Virus record (IMG/VR): IMGVR_UViG_3300025133_000022
Span: 96,001-160,000 of that record
Source: a virus
Length of the DNA stretch: 64,000 nt
Reading direction: 5' to 3' (one strand)
A program made the position numbers and the translations under genes. This document shows positions 8,321 to 17,423 of the stretch, piece after piece; position 1 is the stretch's first letter; each line of letters starts with the position of its first letter. Below the pieces are notes generated by a model that saw only the letters and a program-made list of their open reading frames with translations, was not told where the DNA came from and ran no database searches.

Positions 8321-8545
8321 CCATTCCGTGAATTCAGAGAAAGCCCAGAGGTGGGTAACCCTGAGCCAAGCTGTAGAGGAATCTACAGAAGGTGCAACGA
8401 CTAGTGAATACAATCCAGAACGGATTATGAATCACCACGAGCGCGGAACATCCCAAGCGGATGAAGATATAGTCTGAGCTACGCCAATAGCCTAAAAAGA
8501 AAGCGTAGAAGCTCAGGATAAAGAGCCTGAGCGATAACAACACTG

Positions 8546-9907
8546 AAAAAGAAAGTCTCCGTGCTGGAGAAGTACAGAGACCCCTTCATTAAAGGCTGTG
8601 TAGACCACAATATCAATAAGCAATATGCAGAAACTCTTTGGGACGACACTCTACTTGGTTTTGCTAACTATTGCTTTAACAAGTCCCACAGTCTGGCATA
8701 CAGCGTCATCACCTACCTTTGCGCTTTTTTCAAAGCACACTACCCTACTGAGTTCTTCACCTCGTTGATGACTATCCGATCTCAGGTGATGCAACCAAAA
8801 CTATGGGCGCAGAAAGCGCCCCAGTTCGTTAGCGAGGCCAAGAAGATGGGAGTACGTGTTCACGCACCCTACATCCAGAAGTCCAAACTTGGCTTCACCA
8901 TTGAAGACGATGAAATCTACTTTGGTCTCAATGCCATTAAGCAAGTAGGAGTAACAGCTTGCCGAAGCATTATTGCTGCAAGAAAGCGGGGAAACTTTAA
9001 AGACATCTGGGACTTTTTAGCTCGAGTCAACAGACAGAAAGTTACCACCAGAACCTTTGAGGCCCTGGTAAGAGCGGGTGCGTTCGACCGCATGGGTTAC
9101 CTACGGTCAGAACTACTCGAAAAGACTAAAGACATCTATTCATTCTTCAACAACAACATTGAATATGAAGAAAGAATCCAAAATCATAAAATTAGAGCAG
9201 CTGAAAATCAAAAAAAAGATGCACGCCGTACAGAAATTCAAAAAGAAATCAAGAATGCTAAAACACTTATCAAGCAAATGAAAAAAGAAAAGCTGAATGT
9301 GCCTGCATTTCTACAACATGCTGCCGACTATGACAAAAGATTAAGAAACGTAAGACAACAGATTCGTGCAACCGGGTTAAAGCCAGAAGAAACATTGTCA
9401 GGAAAAGACCTACAAGAGTATAACGAATCTTTGACTCTTCGAAAAAAACCAGAACTCAAGTTGAAAGACAAACCAATTCAGCCAGAGCTTACTAGAGTTA
9501 GAGCTGTAAAGATAAGCGTCGCAGAATTAATGGAACAAGCAGATTTCATTGGATGCTATCTTCATGACCATCCAGCTCCCGTCTTGTATCCAGATACTAC
9601 CCGCATTGCCAACGCACAACAAGGTGACTACCTAGGCATGGCAGGGCAAATTACCAACTGGAAGCAAATCAAAACCAGAAAGGGAGATGACATGGCTTTC
9701 GCCCAGATGGGCGACGGTACTGGTCTCGCAGAACTAATAATCTTTCCATATGTGTACAAAAGACTCAAAGCCAGTGGTAAACTACCAGAGCCAAGAGATA
9801 TTGTTCGGGTTAGATGTGAAGTAGAAACAGCTGGAAACGAAGATAGCGAAGAAAATGGTGAAATTAAAGTCATCGTTAAAGATATCGAAGTCTACCAGTC
9901 CAAATAG
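8546..9907 (+). CDS. dnaE: DnaE second gene, exon 2 (fingers, HhH, OB fold)
   Basis: Begins KKKVSVLEKY after the splice. Motifs FANYCFNKSHSLAY, YPTEFF, IYFGLNAIKQVG, FEALVRAGAFD, FIGCYLHDHP and OB-fold KTRKGDDMAF. Confidence 0.93.
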   Translation, partial: KKKVSVLEKYRDPFIKGCVDHNINKQYAETLWDDTLLGFANYCFNKSHSLAYSVITYLCAFFKAHYPTEFFTSLMTIRSQVMQPKLWAQKAPQFVSEAKKMGVRVHAPYIQKSKLGFTIEDDEIYFGLNAIKQVGVTACRSIIAARKRGNFKDIWDFLARVNRQKVTTRTFEALVRAGAFDRMGYLRSELLEKTKDIYSFFNNNIEYEERIQNHKIRAAENQKKDARRTEIQKEIKNAKTLIKQMKKEKLNVPAFLQHAADYDKRLRNVRQQIRATGLKPEETLSGKDLQEYNESLTLRKKPELKLKDKPIQPELTRVRAVKISVAELMEQADFIGCYLHDHPAPVLYPDTTRIANAQQGDYLGMAGQITNWKQIKTRKGDDMAFAQMGDGTGLAELIIFPYVYKRLKASGKLPEPRDIVRVRCEVETAGNEDSEENGEIKVIVKDIEVYQSK

Positions 9908-9915
9908 GAGAGAAA

Positions 9916-11019
9916 ATGAGTACATACAGATGGCGTCCGCAAGAAGAGCGTCTCCTTCAGACGCTCCTGCCTACGAATAGCTACAGGGAAATCTCTGAGC
10001 AGATCAACCGTAGGCACGACAAAGGAATCACCGGATTCCCATGTGAACGCACAGACGAAGCAGTAAGGAAGAAGTGTATCCGCGAAAGCTGGACTCCACA
10101 GTCCTGCACAGGCTTCAGTGAAGCAGACCCACATGACAAGCGCTGGGACCAGCTCCGAGAGATCCAAGAGCAGTACAAGGCCCAGGGCACAGAGAAGCTG
10201 CGAGGAGTAATCGGTGAAGACAAGATCACTACCAAGATCCTGTCTCTTAGTGACATCCACTTCCCGCTTGCACGTGAAGATCTCCTTGCGCAGATCGTCA
10301 GAACGCATGCAGATGCAGATGTAGTCGTAGTCAACGGTGACCTCATGGAGGGTTACATCTTCAGCACCTTTGCAAAGAATAGAAGTATTGCAGCACTAGA
10401 TGAATACCGTGCAGCATTCCTGTTCATCAAGATGCTGAGTGAACGTTTCCCCAAGGTCATTCTTGTAGACGGAAATCACGACATCAGAGCCGGTAGAGCT
10501 CTTAAGTCTGCAGGATTCGACAAGGACGCAAGTCAGATTCTACGTCCAAATCTGATGGCACGCCTTGCCAATGGCGAACTGCTCGATAAGAGTGGACTTC
10601 TCCTTGAAAAGTTGGATTTCAGTAATGTTATCTACGAACCCCGTGAGAGCTGGTTTGTAAAGGTCGGAAAGACCCTCTTCGTCCACCCTCATGGACGTGG
10701 CGGCAGCAAGCCAGGCCACACCGTAACGAATCATGGCGATAAGCTCATGAGACGATACGAAGACAACGAAGTTGATTCGGTAGTATGCGGTCACACGCAC
10801 AAAATCTACAAGGGCATCATCAATGGCAAGCTATACATCGAACAGGGATTCCTTGCTGGCATTCTAGCTTACTTGCACAGCCCCAAGAGCGACTCCCGCT
10901 TCAACTACCAAAATGGCTATGCAGTCATTTACCAGGACGCTGATGGAAACACAGATTTCAATCTCAGCGGCCCTGTCTACATGGGCGAAAGCCTACCGCC
11001 AAAAAAAGAAGCACTATAG
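9916..11019 (+). CDS. calcineurin-like metallophosphoesterase with N-terminal helical/HTH-like domain
   Basis: Motifs SDIHFP, NGDLME, DGNHD, FVHPHG and CGHTHK. Confidence 0.88.
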   Translation: MSTYRWRPQEERLLQTLLPTNSYREISEQINRRHDKGITGFPCERTDEAVRKKCIRESWTPQSCTGFSEADPHDKRWDQLREIQEQYKAQGTEKLRGVIGEDKITTKILSLSDIHFPLAREDLLAQIVRTHADADVVVVNGDLMEGYIFSTFAKNRSIAALDEYRAAFLFIKMLSERFPKVILVDGNHDIRAGRALKSAGFDKDASQILRPNLMARLANGELLDKSGLLLEKLDFSNVIYEPRESWFVKVGKTLFVHPHGRGGSKPGHTVTNHGDKLMRRYEDNEVDSVVCGHTHKIYKGIINGKLYIEQGFLAGILAYLHSPKSDSRFNYQNGYAVIYQDADGNTDFNLSGPVYMGESLPPKKEAL

Positions 11020-11027
11020 GAGTGAAA

Positions 11028-11396
11028 ATGAGTAGAATTCTAGGACCTGATGGACAGCCTGTCAGGCCTCAACGACAAATTCCAGATGAAGTAATTATAC
11101 ATCATCTAGGAGACCATGATGGACGACTTAACGCACTAGCAGCCCAGTCTGTACATATGGGAATCATGGTAGAATATCTGGTTGAACAACTAGGTACTCT
11201 GTTACCAAATTTCGATCTTGACCCAGAAGAATTTGCAGAGTTTCGTAAACGCAGATTTGAAGAAATGCAAAACGAAGCAAAAGCAATTGAAGAAGCTCGA
11301 GCCAAAGCCGTTGCAGAGCAGGCTCAGAACCAAGCAGATTTTCCAGACTTGGATCTAGACGAAATTGATGACGGAGATATTAAACCTAATGGGTGA
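11028..11396 (+). CDS. hypothetical protein with acidic C-terminus
   Basis: AGGAG RBS; ATG 11028 preferred over GTG 11022. Confidence 0.75.
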   Translation: MSRILGPDGQPVRPQRQIPDEVIIHHLGDHDGRLNALAAQSVHMGIMVEYLVEQLGTLLPNFDLDPEEFAEFRKRRFEEMQNEAKAIEEARAKAVAEQAQNQADFPDLDLDEIDDGDIKPNG

Positions 11397-12594
11397 CTGG
11401 GCTTTCGTAGAGCATGCCACCAAGCAGCTCATGCGAGGACGCTCAGGTGATTCAAAAGGACCAACCTTCTGGCCTTCAGAGGCCAGTGCAACCTACGTAA
11501 ATGATGAAGGGAAAGAAATAACTGTTGGGAAATGCCGAAGAGCAATATTCTTCAGGTATCTTATTGACAGTTATAAATTCTTTGAAAAGTACAAAATCTG
11601 GCGACCTCTAGTTGAGAAACTTAAGAAGGAGTCAAAACCTGTAGACCGCTACATGCTATGGATCTGGGCAGCCGGCAACCAAGCTGAAGACTTCCTAATT
11701 GAACAAGCAAAGAAAAGCGGCATCTACGTAGACGAACAAGTCCCAGTGTATATCAAGTCCCACAGAGTATCAGGTAAGAAAGACATTGAAGTTCACAACC
11801 CAGAGACAAGTAAGCTAAGTATCGTAGAGGCCAAGAGCGTCTACGGCTTTGGAGCTAACACAGTACTCGGAACTGAATCCCAAAGAAGGCGAGGATTCAT
11901 GGGTGAACCAAGAGAAAGCAACCTGATGCAGATTGCTCTCTATCATTGGTGGTCCGCCAGTTTGGATGCCGCCTATGAAGAGAGTCGTCTAGTGTACATC
12001 GCAAGAGATACAGGTAGGTATGCAGAATATCTAGTACGTACCATCGATGAAGACGGTACAATTCACATTGAATATAGACCCTGGCACCCAAACAAGGGAG
12101 CATGGACACGAGTAGCATTCACCATCAATCATTTACTAGATAGCTATGAAGCCATCCAGTTAGCTGTTGATAGTGGGCGAATTCCACCAAGGGACTTTGA
12201 CATATCGTGGAGTAAAGAACGCTTAGATCAAACCTTCAAAGCTGGAAAACTAAGTAAAGGTGAAGCAGACAAGTATGTAAAAATCGAGGCACGCAAGGCT
12301 GAGAACGCCTGGATTGCCGAGATGCAAAACCTTGACGAAGATGACCATATGATCACCGCAGCAGAAGAACGTCCAGATATCTTGCTGGCACCAGTCACCA
12401 AGCAACTGGCTAAGTTTCGTGCACATGAAGACATGGGGGCAAGTTACAACAAAGATAAAGCAAAACTTGTTAAAATGCTTCGAGCTGTCAAACCTAAAAA
12501 AGAACTGATGCCTATTGAAAAGGGTGATTGGCAGTGCAGGTTCTGCAAGTTTTCACCAACTTGCTACTTTGATGAAAATTCTGAGGAAAAATAA
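11389..12594 (+). CDS. Cas4/RecB-like PD-(D/E)XK exonuclease with Fe-S cysteines
   Basis: WPSEAS...CRRAIFF, GNQAED, SGKKDIEV, IVEAKS, QIALY and C-terminal CRFCKFSPTC. Start could be 11365-11389. Confidence 0.8.
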   Translation: MGDWAFVEHATKQLMRGRSGDSKGPTFWPSEASATYVNDEGKEITVGKCRRAIFFRYLIDSYKFFEKYKIWRPLVEKLKKESKPVDRYMLWIWAAGNQAEDFLIEQAKKSGIYVDEQVPVYIKSHRVSGKKDIEVHNPETSKLSIVEAKSVYGFGANTVLGTESQRRRGFMGEPRESNLMQIALYHWWSASLDAAYEESRLVYIARDTGRYAEYLVRTIDEDGTIHIEYRPWHPNKGAWTRVAFTINHLLDSYEAIQLAVDSGRIPPRDFDISWSKERLDQTFKAGKLSKGEADKYVKIEARKAENAWIAEMQNLDEDDHMITAAEERPDILLAPVTKQLAKFRAHEDMGASYNKDKAKLVKMLRAVKPKKELMPIEKGDWQCRFCKFSPTCYFDENSEEK

Positions 12595-12858
12595 ATGAAT
12601 ACATTCTTCTTCGTTAAGGTAAGACTAGGAAAAACACAAGGGCGCCGAAGCTGGAGCTTCGGACCCTTTGTTCAATTTGAAGACGCAACTCGCCTTCTAG
12701 ACCATATCCCAAAACTCATTATAGGAATGGGTTCAATTCCAAATCGATATACAATGACAATTGAAGAACGCCACTTGACTCAAGGCAAGTGGGTCAAACT
12801 TAATACAAGAAGTAAACTTACAGTTAGTGAAAACATGGTAGTAACAGAATCTAGATGA
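12595..12858 (+). CDS. hypothetical protein
   Basis: 87 aa, tightly packed with its neighbours. Confidence 0.65.
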   Translation: MNTFFFVKVRLGKTQGRRSWSFGPFVQFEDATRLLDHIPKLIIGMGSIPNRYTMTIEERHLTQGKWVKLNTRSKLTVSENMVVTESR

Positions 12859-13901
12859 CACATATATTAGACAACAAAACATTAGCAGCCGACGATGTGC
12901 TATGCGTACCAGCCATGGGAATCCTGCCCAGCAGGTCTGATGCGAAGATAGCGCCGTTTATCTACAGCGCCCCTATGGACACGGTAACAGGCTACACCTT
13001 AACCAAAGAGCTTGTTGAGCTGGGTCACTTCCCCGTGGTTAGTAGAGCTTTAAAACGAGATGAATGGTTGCGAACCTTAAGAGAATTCGCAGGTCACCCA
13101 CAGGTCTTCTTTGCGATCGGTCTAGACCGAAATCAATTAAAAAACCTAATAGATACACTGATAGAGATGGAAATTGACAAGCCAATTAACTTGGCAATTG
13201 ACATTGCTCATGGAGATATGAAGCAAGCTCACGAACTGGCTGCCTATCTTTCAGAACTGGGCATTTGCCGCTTTATTATGAGCGGTAGTATCTGCACTCC
13301 TTCAGCTGCAATACGAGCTACAATGAATGGCTGCACTCACCTGCGAGTTGGTGTCGGTCCAGGCAGTGTATGCAGCACACGATTAATGACAGGTTGTGGA
13401 TATCCTCAGCTTAGTGCAATCTATCAAATTGCCAAGCTGGGGCCACGTGCCCAAATCATTGCTGATGGAGGAATCAGAAACTCTGGCGACGCAGTCAAAT
13501 ATCTTGCAGCTGGAGCCAACGGAGTTATGCTAGGCGGTCTTTTGTCAAAAACAGTAGAAGCTACTGGGTGGGAGTTTGTTGGGTGGGAGCAACCGCCTAC
13601 AGACGGCACAATATCTTTCCCTATGCCAAGCCCAGAACCCATCTATCAAAAGAACTTTCGAGGGCAAGCAAGCGCATCATTCATGCGCGAACATGGAAAA
13701 ACTCACGCATGTCCTGAAGGCATAGAGAAAACTATCACCTGGGAAGGTGACAAGTTAAAACATACAGTTAAAAGTTTTGAAGCTGGTATAGCCGGTGGCA
13801 TAAGTTTGCTTGGCCTTACTAGCATTGAAGAACTTGGTCCTGAAACTGTAGAAATGGTGCAGGTCACCAACAGTGCAATCTTGGAAGGAAAACCACAATG
13901 A
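12855..13901 (+). CDS. IMP dehydrogenase / GMP reductase family enzyme (no CBS domains)
   Basis: APMDTVT, DIAHG, GVGPGSVCSTR (catalytic Cys), IIADGGIR, GANGVMLG and PEG. Confidence 0.9.
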   Translation: MTHILDNKTLAADDVLCVPAMGILPSRSDAKIAPFIYSAPMDTVTGYTLTKELVELGHFPVVSRALKRDEWLRTLREFAGHPQVFFAIGLDRNQLKNLIDTLIEMEIDKPINLAIDIAHGDMKQAHELAAYLSELGICRFIMSGSICTPSAAIRATMNGCTHLRVGVGPGSVCSTRLMTGCGYPQLSAIYQIAKLGPRAQIIADGGIRNSGDAVKYLAAGANGVMLGGLLSKTVEATGWEFVGWEQPPTDGTISFPMPSPEPIYQKNFRGQASASFMREHGKTHACPEGIEKTITWEGDKLKHTVKSFEAGIAGGISLLGLTSIEELGPETVEMVQVTNSAILEGKPQ

Positions 13902-14110
13902 TCAAAACGGTAGATATTGCATGGACTTTTACTTTTTCAACAGAGGTAGAAGTGGAAGTAGATGACGAGCTGGACGAAGAAACAGCTGATGCAGACGCAA
14001 TGAAGAAGGCAGACAATCTGATGCGGGATATGACCTTGCGTCAAGTAATCAACTACCTTTGCATTGACGACTGCTCTGCAGACAATTTCGAAACCACAGA
14101 TGTATACTAG
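13898..14110 (+). CDS. small highly acidic protein
   Basis: 70 aa with 19 Asp/Glu. Confidence 0.7.
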   Translation: MIKTVDIAWTFTFSTEVEVEVDDELDEETADADAMKKADNLMRDMTLRQVINYLCIDDCSADNFETTDVY

Positions 14111-14120
14111 GAGATAAAAC

Positions 14121-14924
14121 GTGAAAAGCATTTGGGTCGCAGGAGACTTCTTCTACGACGAATTCAACATCGGTAGGTACCGGGGCGAAGGGCCCCGGTT
14201 TCTAATTGATGAAACAGTAACCAGACCTGGAGGAGCCGCCAACACACTGGCGAATGCACGGGCAATCTGCAGAAATTCTGCGATCAAATGCCAAGCCACA
14301 GGCTACTCCCAACCAAAGGTCTTACGTCGTTGGATTCAAGACGACAAAACCATTTTCGAGTACTGGGACTACCAAGGTGGTGTCACAGACCCATGGGAAA
14401 TCTTAAACAAGAAAGACCCCAGCTTTCATGGTGCCAGGGAATTCAATACCCTAGTAGTTAGTGAATACAACAAAGGGTTTAGTAAATGTGATGTAACAAA
14501 CGCAGCGGTATTCGACCTGCTTGTTGTGGATAGTAGGTACAAGACGGCACCGATCAAGGAACTAAAGCATTTGACCCAAACAAGTATCTGGCGCTGCACA
14601 GGTACAGAATACAATGAAAGGTGGGCTGAGCATTTCGACTGGGTGGTTCACACGAACCACGCTGAGAGAATCACAGTGTTCCAGCCCAACGAACAAGACA
14701 CCATTGGCAACTTATCAGCACAGATCGATGTGCCTGAACTAGATATTGTAGACCCAGTAGGCGCTGGCGATACGTTCACTGCTGCACTGGCTGCACATCT
14801 GACAAATGCTGGGGTAGTTGAATTCGAAACCTTGGTTAATGCTACTCGCTTCGCAGTTGCAGCTGCGCAGAATGCATGTGCAAAAAAATTCACAGCAAAA
14901 ACAGACGTACGATTGGAGAAATAA
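14121..14924 (+). CDS. PfkB-family sugar kinase, HldE/RfaE (heptose-7-phosphate kinase) domain-I-like
   Basis: WVAGDFFYDEF, RPGGAANTLAN and DIVDPVGAGDTF match the RfaE kinase pattern (GD.m.D, GGA.NVA.N, DV.GAGDT). Confidence 0.8.
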   Translation: MKSIWVAGDFFYDEFNIGRYRGEGPRFLIDETVTRPGGAANTLANARAICRNSAIKCQATGYSQPKVLRRWIQDDKTIFEYWDYQGGVTDPWEILNKKDPSFHGAREFNTLVVSEYNKGFSKCDVTNAAVFDLLVVDSRYKTAPIKELKHLTQTSIWRCTGTEYNERWAEHFDWVVHTNHAERITVFQPNEQDTIGNLSAQIDVPELDIVDPVGAGDTFTAALAAHLTNAGVVEFETLVNATRFAVAAAQNACAKKFTAKTDVRLEK

Positions 14925-17390
14925 ATGTACATTACGAACAAAGAAGAATTAGTAGACGAATTAAAGCCACGCCTTCGTGAATATCTTACAATGATGCTAG
15001 GCGCCGAAGCACAAAAAAAGCAGTTTTGCTGCTATGTACATCAAGAAAACACACCCAGCATGGCATACAACCCAAAGACCGGCTTCACCACCGTTCATTG
15101 TTTTGGTTGTGGTGTAAGTCATGACATCTTTGACGCATGTGAGGAGCTAGAGGGACTGCCTGCGCGTGGATCTGACTGGATTACACAAACGCTACCCCAC
15201 TTGGCGGAAAAGCTAGGTGTAGAAGTACGCCTCGGAGAAGCAAGCCCCACCGATCGAGCTAAAGGCAAATTATATAAACTATGCTCAGACATTACCAAAG
15301 TTTTAAGTGGTACCACATCTCATATCAAGTACCTACAGGAACGGGGCTGGTCTGACAAGTATTTGAAATTTGGCAACATTCCAATTGAAGACTTAAAAAG
15401 TCAACTAATAGAAATGGGCTGGAGTCACTCCGACTTGGACACCAGCCTGATGATCGAAAGCAGTCGACAGCCATATTTTGGAGAAGACATGTCTATGACG
15501 GTAGTCATTGAAGACTACCGTGGGCGTCCTATCGGATTTCAAAGCAGAAGAATAGAAGGCAAGCCCAAATACATCAACACTCCAGAAACTCTTATCTACG
15601 AGAAGAGAAAAACTCTTCTCGGTCTTAATACCGCACTTAAGCTAGCACGCCATCAAGGACTCTACATCGTCGAAGGACCTGGTGACTTGGCGTCACTTCA
15701 TCGTGCCGGTATTGAAAACGCAGCAGCTCTATGCGGCAGTAGCTTTACAGCTGACCATCTACAGCTACTCAAAATGCTAGGTATCAGGAGAGTGTACTTT
15801 GCACTGGATTGGGAAGAGAGTGGCTACAAGGCTGTCCACAGAATCTTAAAGGAAGAACTTCGGTTTGCCCCAGGTGTGAGTTGCTATGTAGTGGCAGCTC
15901 CAAAAACAGGAGAAAAAGATCCATGCGACTTCATCAACAGTCTCAATATTGATGAAGCTGAAGTAGCGTGGAGCACCTTAAAAAAGATTCCTGCTTTTGA
16001 CTGGGTCATAGATAGAATCGGTGAAAACAGCACACCTGAAGACCTGTGTGAAGAGATGGTTCCAATCATCGCAAGTGAGGAAACCGCTGTACGTCGAGAA
16101 ATGTTCGTCGCCAGTCTTGCGCGCCAAACTGGCATCAGTCATCAAGCCATTGATCAAGATGTTCGGAACATTCGTGACGGAAAAACCAAAGAAAGAAACG
16201 ATAGGCACCTAGCTGCTGGAGAACAATATATCCGCGCACTGCGTGATGAACCTGGTAACGCACAATCACTTCTAGCCGAATATGAATCCAATATAGAGTA
16301 TATTGAAAAAGAATTCGGAAAGAACACGATTGGCGTTAACTATCAACTCAGCAAGTACGAAGCACTTCAAGAAAAACGCGCAAGAGAAGCAGAGGCTGGT
16401 ATCGTTGGTGAATTCACTATGGCTCACTACACTCAGTTCAAAGAAGCTTTCTCAGGAGGTGCCACCTGGACTGATGGTGTACTCGTGTACTTTGGTGGGC
16501 GAGAAAATAGCGGCAAAACCGCTACCGTTATTGGGCTGGCTATGGACATTGCGATTAACGATTCTGACGCCATCGTATTGATGCACTTTACTGACGATTC
16601 GTTTGCACAGGTCGAGCCACGACTTAAAGCAAATATTGGCTTAATGATCAAAAACCCTGGGGACCCAACCCTTACTATTGGTATGACTAACAACCCTGTC
16701 AGATGCGAAACACCTGAAGAAAGAGCATGTTACTTTGCTGCAGATGAAAAATTCAGACAACTGATTGCAGATGAAAAACTAATCATCCTAGATATGGAAG
16801 ACGGCAGCACTCTCAGTACGTTGGAAAAAAACCTTCGGCACATCCGACGTAAGCATCCAGAAAGAAAGCTATTTGTAGTTTGTGACAACACTCACAACTA
16901 CATGGACTACCTTCAGCTGGACCAACCTACTCGTATGACTAGGATTTCTAATACTCAAAAGATGCTTACCGGCAAGTACCATTGCGCTATCTTCGCAACT
17001 GCAGAATATCGCAAGAACGCAGCCAGCGACTCCAGTAAGATGAAGCTACCAACCAACGATGACCTTGCAGACGCAAGAGCATTGAAGTACCGTCCCAACG
17101 CTATCATTCACGTCTACAATGACTTGAATGACCGCATGGATGATGCAGAAATTTTCTGGGAAAGCGATCACCAACGAGGTGAGCGACTACCTCGACTCAT
17201 GTTAGTAGTGTCTAAAAACAAAATCAGCAAATACAAAGACAAACTCATGATGGATCTTGACCCAGTCACTGTTTGTCTTCGCGAATACGATACGAATAGA
17301 GCCAGAGAAGAATCTGAAGAATTCTTCGAGAAAAAAGAAAACGGTGAAATCACCGTACAAGATGGTGTGATCGTAGAAGCAGACTGGTAA
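14925..17390 (+). CDS. primase-helicase fusion (Zn finger, TOPRIM, SF4/DnaB-like helicase)
   Basis: CCYVH...HCFGCG, KYINTPET, IVEGPGD, FALDWEESG, KDPCD, Walker A GRENSGKT, DNTH and IIHVYND. Confidence 0.9.
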   Translation: MYITNKEELVDELKPRLREYLTMMLGAEAQKKQFCCYVHQENTPSMAYNPKTGFTTVHCFGCGVSHDIFDACEELEGLPARGSDWITQTLPHLAEKLGVEVRLGEASPTDRAKGKLYKLCSDITKVLSGTTSHIKYLQERGWSDKYLKFGNIPIEDLKSQLIEMGWSHSDLDTSLMIESSRQPYFGEDMSMTVVIEDYRGRPIGFQSRRIEGKPKYINTPETLIYEKRKTLLGLNTALKLARHQGLYIVEGPGDLASLHRAGIENAAALCGSSFTADHLQLLKMLGIRRVYFALDWEESGYKAVHRILKEELRFAPGVSCYVVAAPKTGEKDPCDFINSLNIDEAEVAWSTLKKIPAFDWVIDRIGENSTPEDLCEEMVPIIASEETAVRREMFVASLARQTGISHQAIDQDVRNIRDGKTKERNDRHLAAGEQYIRALRDEPGNAQSLLAEYESNIEYIEKEFGKNTIGVNYQLSKYEALQEKRAREAEAGIVGEFTMAHYTQFKEAFSGGATWTDGVLVYFGGRENSGKTATVIGLAMDIAINDSDAIVLMHFTDDSFAQVEPRLKANIGLMIKNPGDPTLTIGMTNNPVRCETPEERACYFAADEKFRQLIADEKLIILDMEDGSTLSTLEKNLRHIRRKHPERKLFVVCDNTHNYMDYLQLDQPTRMTRISNTQKMLTGKYHCAIFATAEYRKNAASDSSKMKLPTNDDLADARALKYRPNAIIHVYNDLNDRMDDAEIFWESDHQRGERLPRLMLVVSKNKISKYKDKLMMDLDPVTVCLREYDTNRAREESEEFFEKKENGEITVQDGVIVEADW

Positions 17391-17423
17391 ACCAATCAAC
17401 AAAAGAAAAACAAAAGAAAAATA

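Larger units (their letters stand above)
7481..8545 (+). mobile_element. group I self-splicing intron with homing endonuclease gene in L1
   Basis: The 5' exon ends in U (ATG GGT|) and the intron ends in G (CACTG|AAA AAG AAA). Splicing restores RRAMG-KKK in frame. Core: IGS GCCCG 8291-8295, P2 CTGGCTGG-GCAA-CCAGTCAG, P3 TTCCGTG/CGCGGAA, P AATTCAGAGAAA, Q AACCCTGAGC, R GTGCAACGACTAG, S AAGATATAGTC, plus P9 hairpins. Confidence 0.93.

Noticed and set aside
8265-8543. Short ORFs 8265-8477 (+) and 8334-8543 (-), and GTG 8561 as a gene start
   Set aside because: They overlap the intron catalytic core. Exon 2 is entered by splicing at 8546.
8660-8700. Intein at the YCFNKSH site of dnaE
   Set aside because: The site carries a Cys and so could accept an intein, but it is empty and the sequence is contiguous.
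11389-12594. CRISPR-Cas locus suggested by the Cas4-like gene
   Set aside because: No repeat-spacer array or other cas genes were seen. Solo Cas4-like nucleases are common in phages.
17400-17421. Tandem 11-mer CAAAAGAAAAA x2 as origin iterons
   Set aside because: Only two low-complexity copies directly before a start codon. More likely an A-rich translation leader.
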